From the NCBI RefSeq assembly GCF_964355755.1, contig NC_092673.1, positions 14,666,948 through 14,730,947 on the forward strand: DNA of 64,000 bases, written 5' to 3'. Positions 26,366 through 38,336 of this stretch are shown piece by piece. Source of the DNA: Antedon mediterranea. Lineage: Eukaryota > Animalia > Echinodermata. The notes beneath the pieces were generated by a model. The model made no database searches, was not told the DNA's origin, and saw nothing but the letters and a program-made list of their open reading frames with translations. Numbering within the stretch: the first letter of the stretch is position 1; each line of letters starts with the position of its first letter. The translations under genes and the position numbers were made by a program.

Positions 26366-27299
26366 AGGAAAGTGCATATTCTGAACAATATAAGACCAAA
26401 ATCAAACCTCTATGATCACTCGTTGTCAAGATATAGGTCGAATACAAAAATAACCTAAATTATTGCGAAAATCGTTATGCAATAATGTCAAAGGTCAAAA
26501 ATGATATTTCCCGTCAAATTTCAAAAATATGTTCCATTAAAGCGAATATAAATATGGATATTCTGAACAATTTAAGACAAAAATAAAATCTTTATGACCA
26601 GGGGTTACCAAGATATGACCCTTATGTAAAAACAAGGTCAAAGGTCAAAAGTGGCATTTACGGCCATTTTGAACAAAAACTTTTCATTATAGTACATAGA
26701 AATGTGCATATTCTGAACAATTTAAGACCAAAATCAGTCTATCTATGATCAGTCTTTGTCAAGTATTGTCTATATTTATGATTTTGATAAATCCAAGATG
26801 GCCACCAAAATGGCCCCCAAAAAACCCCATGGGACAATATTTCGTCTTGGGAACATCAAAAAATGTTAATTACATATATTCAGGATTACAAAAATGTACA
26901 TTAAAATAATACATCATGAGGGTGCACGGTAACCCCTCCTTCATAATATCACTTTATGAATTTTAAAACACTAAAAAAAGGCAACTGGTCGCGTCGTTGA
27001 AGTTTTAATAATTACACCTATCCTTTGAACAGAATTAATTGCATAAATCACGGCGAGCTCAGTGAGTTAACTCATTTTAGGCTTATCCCAGGGCTATTGT
27101 GCATATAGTTCTCTGTGCCCTGGGACCTGTGAATACCTGGACCACGCCCTTAGTTATGTAGCATGCCTAGCCCATCAAACAATTATTACGCAATAAACAT
27201 TAAGCTACATGCTTTGTAATATGAGTAATATGTAGGCCTACACACATATATAAGTTTAATTTATAGTGAAATAATTAGATATCAAAATAATATTTTTCA

Positions 27300-27395
27300 T
27301 ACAATAATATCGAGGATTTATATAGCGCCTAATGTTGTGAAACCTCTAAGCGCTAAACATTATTACCCCAGTCATTTTTTGGATCAAACGCGTTA
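27300..27395 (-). repeat. SINE/LINE 3' tail fragment
   Basis: Minus strand AGCGCTTAGAG...GGCGCTATATAAAT..TATTATT resembles L2/CR1-dependent SINE tails. Confidence 0.4.
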
Positions 27396-27575
27396 TGGAT
27401 ACATCCAAAATTGAATTGACACATGAAATAAATAATGTCGTACTGTAGTTTTTGGTATAACAAGTGAGCATCTTCATCTGAGATTTTTAACTAATGTATA
27501 TATTTAATCGCAACAATACTGGTGACAATATGAACAGTAACAAAATAGCTACTGGATTCGTGTAAGTGTATAGAT

Positions 27576-30500
27576 GAGGAACTAGCTCAGATGTTAGAGC
27601 GCTCGCTTTGCATGTGAAAGGTACCGGGATCAATGCCCGGGTTCTCCAATAATGTTGGTTAAATTTTATTTCCGGTATTGTTACATTTTTTTGCTGAGAT
27701 TTTTAACTACTATATATATTTTATCTCAACGATACTGGTGACAATATGAACCGTAATAAAATAGCTACTGGTTTCTTGTAATTCTACATACGTTGAACTA
27801 GCTCAGATGGTAGAGCGCTCGCTTAGCATGTGAGAGGTACCGGGATCAATGCCCGGTTTCTCCAATAATGTTGTTTAAAGTTTATTTCCGGTACTGTTAC
27901 ATTTTTTGAGATTTTAAACTTCTGTATATATTTTATCGGAACAATACTGGTGACAATATGAAGATTAATAAAATATCTACTGGTTTCGTGCAATTGTATA
28001 GAAGGGGAACTAGCTCAGATGGTAGAGCGCTCGCTTTGCATGTGAGAGGTACCGGGATCAATGCCCGGTTTCTCCAATAATGTTGGTTAAAGTTTACTTC
28101 CGGTACTGTTACATTTTTTGAGATTTTAAACGACTGTATACATTTTATCGGAACAATACTGGTGACAATATGAAGATTAATAAAATATCTACTGGTTTCG
28201 TATAATTGTATAGATGGGGAACTAGCTCAAATGGTAGAGCGCTCGCTTCGCATGTGAGAGGTACGGGATCAATGCCCGGGTTCTCCAATAATGTTGTTTA
28301 AAGTTTATTACCGGTACCATTACATTTTTTTGATGAGATTTTTAACTAATGTATATATTTCATCGTAACAATACTGGTGACAATATGAAAAGTAACAAGA
28401 TAGCTACTGGATTCTTGTAATTGTATAGATGGGGAACTAGCTCAGATGGTAGAGCGCTCTCTTTGCATGTGAGAGGTACCGGGATAAATGCGCGGGTTCT
28501 CCAATAATGTTGGTTTAAGTTTATTTCCGGTACTGTTACATTTTTTGAGATTTTAAACTACTGTATATATTTTTTCGGAACAATACTGGTGACAATATGA
28601 AGATTAATAAAATATCTACTGGTTTCGTGCAATTGTATAGAAGGGGAACTAGCTAAGATGGTAGAGAGCTCGCTTTGCATGTGAGAGGTACCGGGATCAA
28701 TGCCCGGGTTCTCCAATAATGTAGGTTAAAGTTTAGTCCGGTAGTGTCACATTTTGTTAGATTTTAAACTACTGTATATATTTTATCGCAACAATACTGG
28801 TGACAATATGAAGATTAATAAAATATCTACTGGTTTTGTATAATTGTATAGATGGGGAACTAGCTCAAATGGTAGAGCGCTCGCTTCGCATGTGAGAGGT
28901 ACCGGGATCAATGCCCGGTTTCTCCAATAATGTTGGTTAAAGTTTATTACCGGTCCCGTTACATTTTTTTGATGAGATTTTTAACTACTATATATATTTT
29001 ATCTCAACAATACTGGTGACAATATGAACCGTAATAAAGTAGCTACTGGTTTCTTGTAATTCTACATACGTTGAACTGGCTCAGATGGTAGAGCGCTCGC
29101 TTAGCATGTGAGAGGTACCGGGATCAATGCCCGGTTTCTCCAATAATGTTGGTTATAGTTTATTTCCGGTACTGTTACATTTTTTGAGATTTTAAACGAC
29201 TGTATATATTTTATCGGAACAATACTGGTGACAATATGAAGATTAATAAAATATCTACTGGTTTCGTGCAATTGTATGGATGGGGAACTAGCTCAGATGG
29301 TAGAGCGCTCGCTTTGCATGTGAGAGGTACCAAGACCAATGCCCTGGTTCTCCAATAATGTTGGTTAAAGTTTATTTCCGGTCTGTCACATTTTTTGAGA
29401 TTTTAAACTACTGTATATATTTCATCGTGACAATACTGGTGACAATATGAAAAGTAACAAGATAGCTACTGGATTCTTGTAATTGTATAGATGGGGAACT
29501 AGCTCAAATGGTAGAGCGCTCGCTTCGCATGTGAGAGGTACCGGGATCAATGCCCGGGTTCTCCAATAATGTTGGTTAAAGTTTATTACCGTTACATTTT
29601 TTTGATGAGATTTGTAACTACTATATATATTTTATCTCAACAATACTGGTGACAATATGAACCGTAATAAAATAGCTACTGGTTTCTTGTAATTCTACAT
29701 ACGTTGAACTAGCTCAGATGGTAGAGCGCTCGCTTAGCATGTGAGAGGTACCGGGATCAATGCCCGGTTTCTCCAATAATGTTGGTTAAAGTTTATTTCC
29801 GGTACTGTTACATTTTTTGAGATTTTAAACGACTGTATATATTTTATCGGAACAATACTGGTGACAATATAAAGATTAATAAAATATCTACTGGTTTCGT
29901 GCAATTGTATAGATGGGGAACTAGCTCAGATGGTAGAGCGCTCGCTTTGCATGTGAGAGGTACCGGGATCAATGCCCGGGTTCTTCAATAATGTTGGTTA
30001 AAGTTTATTTCCGTTACTGTTACATTTTTTTAGATTTTAAACTTCTGTATATATTTTATCGGAACAATACTGGTGACAATATGAAGATTAATAAAATATC
30101 TACTGGTTTTGTGTAATTTTAAATACGGGGAACTAGCTCAGATGTTAGAGCGCTCGTTTCGCGTTTGAGAGGTACCGGGATCAATGCCCGGGGTTCTCCA
30201 ATAATGTTGGTTAAAGTTTATTACCGGTACTGTTACATTTTTTTGATGAGATTTTTTACTAATGTATATATTTCATCGCAACAATACTGGTGACAATATG
30301 AAAAGTAACAAAATAGCTACTGGATTCGTGTAAGTGTATAGATGAGGAACTAGCTCAGATGGTAGAGCGCTCGCTTTGCATGTGAGAGGTACCGGGATCA
30401 ATGCCCGGGTTCTCCAATAATGTTGGTTAAAGTTTATTTCCGGTATTGTTACATATTTTGCTGAGATTTTTAACTACTAAATATATTTTATTGCAACAAT

Positions 30501-32999
30501 ATTGGTGACAATATGAACAGTAACAAAATAGCTACTGGATTCGTGTAATTTTATTGATGGGGGAACTAGCTCAGATGGTAGAATGCTCGCGTAGCATGTG
30601 AGAGGTACCGGGATCAATGCCCGGGTTCTCCAATAGCGTAATGTTGGTTAAAGTTTATTTCCGGTACTGTTACATTTTTTGAGATTTTAAACTACTGTAT
30701 ATATTTTATCGCAACAATACTGGTGACAATATGAAGATTAATAAAATATCTACTGGTTTCGTGCAATTGTATAGAAGGGGAACTAGCTCAGATGGTAGAG
30801 TGCTCGCTTAGCATGTGGGAGGTACCGGGATCAATGCCCGAGTTCTCCAATAATGTTGGGTAAAGTTTATTTCCGGTATTGTTACATTTTTTTGCTGAGA
30901 TTTTTAACTACTATATATATTTTATCGCAACAACACTGGTGACAATATGAAGATTTATAAAATATCTACTGGTTTTGTGTAATTTTAAATACGGGGAACT
31001 AGCTCAGATGTTAGAGCGCTCGTTTCGCGTTTGAGAGGTACCGGGATCAATGCCCGGGGTTCTCCAATAATGTTGGTTAAAGTTTATTACCGGTACTGTT
31101 ACATTTTTTTAATGAGATTTTTACCTAATGTATATATTTCATCGCAACAATACTGGTGACAATATGAAAAGTAACAAAATAGCTACTGGATTCGTGTAAG
31201 TGTATAGATGAGGAACTAGCTCAGATGGTAGAGCGCTCGCTTTTTGCATGTGAGAGGTACCGGGATCAATGCCCGGGTTCTCCAATAATGTTGGTTAAAG
31301 TTTATTTCCGGTATTGTTACATATTTTGCTGAGATTTTTAACTACTATATATATTTTATGGCAACAATATTGGTGACAATATGAACAGTAACAAAATAGC
31401 TACTGGATTCGTGTAATTGTATTGATGGGGGAACTAGCTCAGATGGTAGAATGCTCGCTTAGCATGTGAGAGGTACCGGGATCAATGCCCGGGTTCTCCA
31501 ATAATGTTGGTTAAAGTTTATTTCCGGTACTGTCAAATTTTTTGAGATTTTAAACTACTGTATATATTCTATCGGAACAATACTGGTGACAATATGAAGA
31601 TTAATAAAATATCTACTGGTTTCGTGCAATTGTATATATTGGGAACTAGCTCAGATGGTAGAGCGCTCGCTTCGCATGTGAGAGGTACCGGGATCAATGC
31701 CCGGGTTTCCAATAATGTTGGTTAAAGTTTATTACCGGTACTGTTACATGTTTTTGATGAGATTTTTAACTAATGTATATATTTCATCGAAACAATACTG
31801 GTGACAAGATGAACAGTAACAAAATAGCTACTGGATTGGTGTAATTGTATTGATGGGGGAACTAGCTCAGATGGTAGAGCGCTCGCTTTGCATGTGAGAG
31901 GTACCGGGATCAATGCCCGGGTTCTCCAATATTGTTGGTTAAAGTTTATTTCCGGTACTGTTACATTTTTTGAGATTTCAAACTACTGTATATATTTTAT
32001 CGGAACAATACTGGTGACAATATGAAGATTAATAAAATATCTACTGGTTTCGTGCAATTGTATAGATGGGGAACTAGCTCAGATGGTAGAGCGCTCGCTT
32101 CGCATGTGAGAGGTACCGGGATCAATGCCCGGTTCTCCAATAATGTTGGTTAAAGTTTATTTCCGGTATTGTTACATTTTTTTGCTGAGATTTTTAACTA
32201 CTATATATATTTTATCGCAACAATACTGGTGACAATATGAAGATTAATAAAATATCTACTGGTTTTGTGCAATTTTACATACGAGGAACTAGCTCAGATG
32301 GTAGAGCGCTCGTTTCGCATTTGAGAGGTACCGGGATCAATGCCCGGGTTCTCCAATAATGTTGGTTAAAGTTTATTTCCGGTACTGTTACATGTTTTTC
32401 ATGAGATTTTTAACTAATGTATATATTTCATCGCAACAATACTGGTGACAATATAAACAGTAACAAAATAGCTACTGGATTTGTGTAAGTGTATAGATGA
32501 GGAACTAGCTCAGATGGTAGAGCGCTCGCTTTGCATGTGAGAGGTACCGGGATCAATACCCGGGTTCTCCAATAATGTTGGTTAAAGTTTATTTCCGGTA
32601 TTGTTACATATTTTACTGAGATTTTTAACTACTAAATATATTTTATTGCAACAATATTGGTGACAATATGAACAGTAATAAAATAGCTACTGGATTCGTG
32701 TAATTGTATTGATGGGGGAACTAGCTCAGATGGTAGAGCGCTCGCTTAGCATGTGAGAGGTACCGGGATCAATGCCCGGGTTCTCCAATAATGTTGGTTA
32801 AAGTTTAATTCCGGTACTGTTACATTTTTTGAGATTTTAAACTACTGCATATATTTTATCGCAACAATACTGGTGACAATATAAAGATTAATAAAATATC
32901 TACTGGTTTCGTGCAAATGTATATATGGGGAACTAGCTCAGATGGTAGAGCGCTCGCTTAGCATGTGAGAGGTATCGGGATCAATGCCCGGGTTCTCCA
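27576..32999 (+). tRNA. Tandem tRNA-Ala array, block 2 (26 genes)
   Basis: ~212-217-bp units, each GGGGAACTAGCTCAGATGGTAGAGCGCTCGCTT(A/T/C)GCATGTGAGAGGTACCGGGATCAATGCCCGGGTTCTCCA plus a downstream T-tract; many variant copies. Confidence 0.95.
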
Positions 33000-33534
33000 A
33001 TAATGTTGGTTAAAGTTTATTTCCGGTACTGTTACATGTTTTTCATGAGATTTTTAACTAATGTATATATTTCATCGAAACAATACTGGCGACAATATGA
33101 ACAGCAACAAAATAGCTACTGGATTCGTGAAACGACCCAGCATAGACGGACGGACGGTGCTACTTACAACTGATTATTTCACGATATTTTACACTACTTG
33201 GATTATATATATTTGATCTGAACTGTTAAAGTTAACAAGGAACTGAAATAAAGGGAAGTGACACATTTTATTACAGAAACCGTTTTTAGACTCGTGTAAC
33301 TAAGACCTCTTACACCTAGGCCCACGGGTAGACAAAAACTGTACCATATAAGGTTTGATCGGCCCATTTCACCGCTGGGACCCTGATCAAAACCACCGCG
33401 TCTTATTGCCCTTGAATTACCCAATCAGTGCGAGGCGTCGTGTGCTTGGCAACAGTATTGTCTATTGTTTCTGTCACAAACAAAATCGTACCATTTCGTT
33501 CATATGCAAATACAAACACAAGTACGATAACGTT

Positions 33535-35145
33535 ATGGCGTGTAGAAAGAAAAAAATCTATGCAGTCGCCGTGGGAAGAAATCCTGGAATATATAAGTCC
33601 TGGCTTGAATGCCAAGAAAACACAGATAGCGTTCATGGGGCCCAATTTCAGTCTTTCTACAATATGGAAAAAGCCCTTAATTACCTAAAGGCAAATGATG
33701 TGCACATTGATAACGTGGTAACTGATATAAGCAATCACAATACTGATAAAGAAAAAGATGTGCCCGCAAATAGCAATATAAACGAGGCTATTGATACAGA
33801 TGGAATATCACTTGACTTACCACCGATATTGAATAAGGAATATCCAACACATCATCAAGACCAAATCACCCCTGATATTGACATCATCACTGAAACTGAA
33901 AACTACATTGATAGTGTAGCTCAACAACTACTACTAGGGCTACCTACACCGATAAAAGCATCGGACACTGGAAACACGATTGGTAAAAGCACACAATCTA
34001 AATCCCATATAGATTGTAAACATGCTATCAAAAAGTTAGAAAGTTTTTTCGCCGACACGCTGCTTAATGTAATCAAAGAGAACTGTGATCTAAAAGTGAA
34101 GATGATCACAGGCGAAAACAGCAGACTCCAGACAGAAAACAAAAAACTTATGTCAGAAATAGAATCATTAAAACAAATTCGAAACACACCAAGCTGTCCA
34201 AAAAAATCCGAAGAAAACACCAAACTAAGAAAGGATGTCGATAAATCAACTGAAAGAATAAAACAATTAGAGACAGACAACAGAAAACTACAATCCGACT
34301 TACAATCAATAAAATCATATGAAAAACTAATAGCTACTAAAGAAGATCAAATAACGACGTTACAAAACAAGATTACTGAAACAGAACGAAAACTATCTAA
34401 AGCAAAAGATGAAACATATGAAATAAAAAGAACACAAATAGCTGTTGATACCTCTGACTACAACATAGTTCAGAAAGCAAAAAAACAACAAACATACGCA
34501 GATGCTATAAAAAGTCTACCGATACATCAACATGAAAATCGTAGGAGTACCAGCGTAGGCGGACCAAAAAGGGGCCAATCAAAAAAAACATCAATAACGG
34601 TAATAGGAAACTCGCATCTAAAAAATATAGATGCTCATCGTCTCCTTCCAATGGCAAATACAACAATAATACAAGCGTATACCCTATCGGACATTAGCGA
34701 CGCGCTAGAAAACCTCCAGGAAGACCCGGACTGCATCGTGATACATGAAATCACAAACACTATAAAAAATATGAGCGCAGAGGAGTGTGCAAACGCCCTC
34801 TACAGTATGATAAAAAGTTATGCCATTGAATTCCCAAATACCCACTTTATCATCTCACTGGGTCTACCGAGAGTAGGGGAACTAAATTACAAAATTGAGA
34901 TGGTAAACGCAGAAATCAAGCACGCAATGAGACTTGACAATATACACAACTTGTCATTCTGTGACAACAGCAATTTTCTTAGAAATGGTAACATTATCTA
35001 CAATTTATTGGCCCAAGACGGATATCACCTATCTCAAAATAAAACAAGTCTACTTGCTAGCAACATTCGATGCAAAGTCCAGTTAACCCTCAAGTTACAA
35101 CGCCCGAGTACATCGTACAAGAGACAGAAGTTAAAACCGAAATAA
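33535..35145 (+). CDS. LINE ORF1: RNase H1 N-terminal hybrid-binding (Cauli_VI-like) domain, coiled coil, SGNH esterase-like domain
   Basis: KIYAVAVGRNPGIYKSWLECQENTDSVHGAQFQSFYNMEKALNYL; K/E heptad-rich middle; VIGNSHLK...DGYHLS; first ATG in the frame at 33535. Confidence 0.82.
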   Translation: MACRKKKIYAVAVGRNPGIYKSWLECQENTDSVHGAQFQSFYNMEKALNYLKANDVHIDNVVTDISNHNTDKEKDVPANSNINEAIDTDGISLDLPPILNKEYPTHHQDQITPDIDIITETENYIDSVAQQLLLGLPTPIKASDTGNTIGKSTQSKSHIDCKHAIKKLESFFADTLLNVIKENCDLKVKMITGENSRLQTENKKLMSEIESLKQIRNTPSCPKKSEENTKLRKDVDKSTERIKQLETDNRKLQSDLQSIKSYEKLIATKEDQITTLQNKITETERKLSKAKDETYEIKRTQIAVDTSDYNIVQKAKKQQTYADAIKSLPIHQHENRRSTSVGGPKRGQSKKTSITVIGNSHLKNIDAHRLLPMANTTIIQAYTLSDISDALENLQEDPDCIVIHEITNTIKNMSAEECANALYSMIKSYAIEFPNTHFIISLGLPRVGELNYKIEMVNAEIKHAMRLDNIHNLSFCDNSNFLRNGNIIYNLLAQDGYHLSQNKTSLLASNIRCKVQLTLKLQRPSTSYKRQKLKPK

Positions 35146-35155
35146 CCAAAGTAAC

Positions 35156-38151
35156 ATGGAAAAGTCTACTCAAGCAAACCCTGAAAGTGCAACAAGTATA
35201 AACAATGACAATCTATCAAATCAAACTGATATATTATTCAATCCTATTACTCTATGTAACAACTTTGACGAACAGGATGAACTAACTGATCATAGTCTTA
35301 GCAATAAAATATGTACGATAGAGACATGCTCGTATATGAGCACAGACCAGTTAAATGACTCGGTTAATAAAATAAATAATATCAGCTACTCATTTTTACA
35401 CTATAATATCAGAAGTATTAACAAACACTTAGATGAATTAATTACTTGTTTAAACGGAATTAAACACCCATTAACTGTAATTGGCTTATCAGAAACATGG
35501 CTTAAAGAAACATCACCTAGACCATACTTACCAAACTACGATTTCCATGCTCTAGACAGGGAAAATCGAAAAGGAGGTGGTGTTGGCTTGTTTATTTCAA
35601 ATACTATAGAGGTCAAAACAAGAACCGATTTGAAAATTAATTTCTGTGAATGTCTGTTTATTGAGATAATTGAAAAAAAGTGTAAAAATGCAATTGTTGG
35701 TACTGTCTACAGACCACCAGACATGAAAATAGATGTTTTTAATGATTCACTTGAAGATGTCCTCACTGCTATAGACAAAGAAGGTAAACCATGTTATATC
35801 ATGGGAGATTTTAATATCAATCTGCTTAAACATGTAACATGCAGTGATGTAAATGATTTTATTGAAATAATGATATCTCACTCGTTTTATCCATCTATAT
35901 CTAGACCAACTAGAATACAAGATCAGTCAGTAACACTAATTGACAACATATTTTCAAATACAATTTCCGAAAAAGTTCTATCTGGTATACTAATCTCGGA
36001 CATTTCCGACCATTTACCAGTATATCAAATAACTCACTCTGCTTCGTCTTCCCACGTAAACACGCACATGAATAAAGGCACCTCAGTCTCATGTGACACG
36101 TATATAGTTAAGTGCAGAGTGGCTTGGAGTATATGAAGCGACTGATCCAGAAATCGCTTATAATGATTTTCTGGATAATTTTAAGTTTCTATATAACAAA
36201 CACCTTAAAAAAACTGTAAAGTCATCAAAACAGTATGACAAATTCAAGCAGCCCTGGATGAGTTTTGGGTTACTAAGGTCAAGTAAAAGAAAGCATGTAC
36301 TGTATAAAAGGTTCATAAAAAACCCTACTGTAAAAAACAAAAATACGTATAAAGAATTTAAAAAAGCTTTTGCACGCACGTGCAAAATCGCCAAAAAGAT
36401 GTATTATGAAAATCTTTTCAATCGAACAAATGGTAATATTAAAAAAACATGGAATGTTATAAATGATGTAATTGATCCGAATAAAGGAAAAACTAAAGTT
36501 CCATCTTCTTTTACACATAGCAATGAAACTATACATGGTTGCGAAAATGTTGTAAATCATATTAATGATTATTTTATTAATGTAGGTTGTAAGGTTCGAG
36601 ACAATATTGAGTCTACTACGACAAAATATTCTGAATACCTCACAAACAAACAACGCAACTCAATGTTTTTTTGCTATGTTGATGAGGAGGAGGTACTAAA
36701 AGTTATTAAATCTCTCGATTCAAACAAAGCCTCCGGATTTGATGACATTTCAGCTAAAGTTGTAAAGGAAGTAAAATACAATATTTTAAAGCCGCTGACA
36801 TATATTTTTAATTTATCACTTCAAACTGGACTAATACCAGGGAAGTTGAAAATTTCCAAAGTAGTTTCCATACATAAAAAAGGGGATCGCCATTTGGCCT
36901 CAAACTATCGTCCCATATCGCTGTTGCCCATTTTTTCGAAAGTTTTTGAAAAGATTATCCATAATCAATTATACAATTATCTTACAAAATGTAAAGTGTT
37001 AAGCAACAATCAATATGGATTTAGAAACCTTTATGGATTTGTCAAAAGCGTTTGACATTATCGATCACAGTATTCTGTTGAGCAAATTGGCGCATTATGG
37101 TATAAGAGGCATCGTTTTAATGTGGTTTAGAAACTATTTAAGTGGCCGCAAACAATATGTTTATGCCAACGGTAGATCATCATGTTTAAAAGACACCAAT
37201 ATAAGGGTGCCACAGGGTTCTGTTTTAGGACCACTTTTGTTTTTAATTTACATCAATGATATAAGTCGAGCAAGTAGTAAAATAGATATAATTAGTTTTG
37301 CTGACGACACAACTTGTATAACAAGGGGAGATGACCCTACAATGTTAAACCATACTATGAATATTGAACTAGAAAAAATAAACGTATGGCTTAAAGCAAA
37401 TAAGCTATTACTGAATGTCAGCAAAACTAATTACGTTGTTTTTAGAACTAGCCAAAAGAACTTTGACAAAAACCAGTTTAAAATAAAAATGAATAATGTG
37501 TTATTACATAGAAAAGAAAATGTGACATTTCTAGGTGTAATGTTAAACGAAAATCTTAACTGGAAACATCACATACAGCTTATTAGGAAAAAAATGTCTA
37601 GGGCAATTGGTATACTTTTAAAAGTAAGAGAATTCTTTCCTCATAAAGTCCGTATTAGTCTTTATAACACCTTAGTATTACCTCACCTTCAGTATGGTAA
37701 CTTAATATGGGGAAATACATACAAGAGCACGTTAGAAGTAATACTAAAACTCCAAAAGAGAGCTGTAAAATGCATTACCTTCTCTAAATCCAGACAAGCC
37801 TCAGAGCCATTGTTTAAGAAACTAAAAATATTAAACGTTTATGATATTTACAAAGTAAACGTCATAGGATTTATGGCAAACGTAAAATTCAATGAATTAC
37901 CACATCACATTTTAAATATTTTTAATTACTGTGACAGTATTAGGCCTACTCATAACCTCAGAACAGAAACTGAATTCGAAATTCCCTTCACAAGACTAAC
38001 TTGCAGTCAACTGTTTATACACATATATGGACCAAAATTGTGGAAAGAATTCACTTGTAATGGTGGTAATAAACCGGTTATCTTAAAGAAACAAAATAAA
38101 TGTATAAAAAAACAGGTTAAAAAATACTTTTTATCACTATATGCTGATTAA
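35156..38151 (+). pseudogene. LINE ORF2 (APE endonuclease + reverse transcriptase), two frame disruptions
   Basis: NIRS, SETW, YRPP, GDFN, SDHLP; NYRPISLL, DLSKAFD, VPQGSVLGP, FADD; breaks at ~36070-36140 and ~37030 (deletion). Confidence 0.92.
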
Positions 38152-38336
38152 CAACACCTTTGTTTATTTAAGTTCTATATACTTGTTCTTATGTAAAAGG
38201 GTCCTACAAGAAAACGAAGCTATAGCTTTTTTATGCAGGATCCCTGTTCTTAGTTGTACTGTAATTATGATGTACTGTAATTGATGACTAAATAAATGTG
38301 GAATAAATGAAATGAAATGAAATGAAGCGTATAGAT

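Larger units (their letters stand above)
19995..26938. repeat. Rearranged copies of a long DNA-transposon-like repeat (AAAGGTCAAA / ATTCTGAACAATTT subrepeats) interrupted by three LINE fragments
   Basis: ~20515-21130 plus ~22842-23030 is the reverse complement of ~24130-24912; ~20205-20430 is a direct copy of ~26485-26695; ends in a TIR-like GAGGGTGCACGGTAACCCCTC. Confidence 0.65.
33130..38326 (+). mobile_element. Near full-length L2/CR1-group LINE inserted ~10 bp upstream of a tRNA-Ala gene
   Basis: ORF1 + ORF2 (APE-RT), (AATGA)n tail; flanks GGATTCGTG / GCGTATAGATGGGG rejoin into an array unit. Confidence 0.92.

Noticed and set aside
27087-27124. CCCAGGGC...GCCCTGGG short inverted repeat
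   Set aside because: 8-bp arms without a TSD; could be chance or an unclassifiable MITE scar
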